From: Camelus dromedarius
Lineage: Eukaryota
Direction: 5' to 3'
NCBI RefSeq assembly: GCF_036321535.1
Contig: NC_087436.1
Location: forward strand, 80,850,001 to 80,914,000
Length of the DNA stretch: 64,000 nt
Below are positions 63,340-64,000 of the stretch, piece after piece. The notes beneath the pieces were generated by a model that did not search any database, had not been told where the DNA came from, and saw nothing but the letters and a program-made list of their open reading frames with translations. Position 1 is the first letter of the stretch. The number at the start of each line of letters is the position of its first letter. The translations under genes and the position numbers were made by a program.

Positions 63340-64000
63340 GAGTTTAGTAAAATATTTCCTTTAGTTAGCAAAATTGGTCCTTTTCTCTTTAGGGTGATAC
63401 AAACCAACCCAGAATCTAGGCAAGGAGAAGCTCCCTGTTTAGATGTGCATCTGGAACCACATCTCCTCTCTGACCTTCAAACTCTGTGCAAATTCTCCTC
63501 AACCTTTTTATATCTTTTCCTTAGATTAATTCTCTCTCAAACCCCTGCTGATCCTGCTTGAAATTTGACTTCTGTTTGCCTACGCCTCAATTTTCTAGGT
63601 ATGTTCATATGCAATCATAGTTTGGGAGCTCCTCAGCGTTTGTGTAAGTCAGCTGGCACAGCTCAGTCTGGGTTCAGGGAGGAGTGTGATGCAAAGGAGT
63701 TGCATGAGTCAAAAACCCAGTTGCACAACTCGGCTGGGATGATCTTTATGTATGAAAAAGTGAGCCTTGTTCTCTGTGATTCTTGGAATCTGTGGGTGGA
63801 CAGTTGTAATTAAAAAGATTCCTCATGTGATTGTGATGCACTTTTCTGTGAAGACAGAGTAGGAAGGAAGGGGATATGTGGGTGTTGAGGGGTACCTCAC
63901 TCATACGCTATACCAAAAAATCACCGTCACTGAAAGGGTATATTATAAATCTCAAGTATTAGAGCAATGTGCCCAGCTTAATTACTCTTAGGCAGGGATT

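Overview
Mammalian (eutherian) genomic DNA, AT-rich and dense in transposon relics. It is not prokaryotic, so no CRISPR arrays, operons or rRNA/tRNA genes are present. The young LINE-1 3' ends (62413, 11430) resemble camelid (camel/alpaca) L1 as I recall them, and no Alu, Bov-tA/BovB, PRE-1, SINEC or B1/B2 SINEs are visible, so a camelid source is likely but unconfirmed. I recognise no host protein-coding exon. The only recognisable proteins in the ORF track are dead L1 ORF2 pieces (81-272, 25451-26269, 28274-28504, 29697-29987, 62749-63126). Much of the window is L1, L2, L3/CR1, MIR, MaLR/ERVL LTRs and hAT/Tigger DNA transposons, several nested with readable target-site duplications. Almost all L1 pieces lie on the minus strand, hinting that this is an intron of a large plus-strand gene. 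A few plus-strand exon-like segments and enhancer-like unique blocks are weak candidates. I found no convincing novel biological system. Repeat family names come from recalled consensus sequences, and boundaries are approximate unless a TSD is cited.
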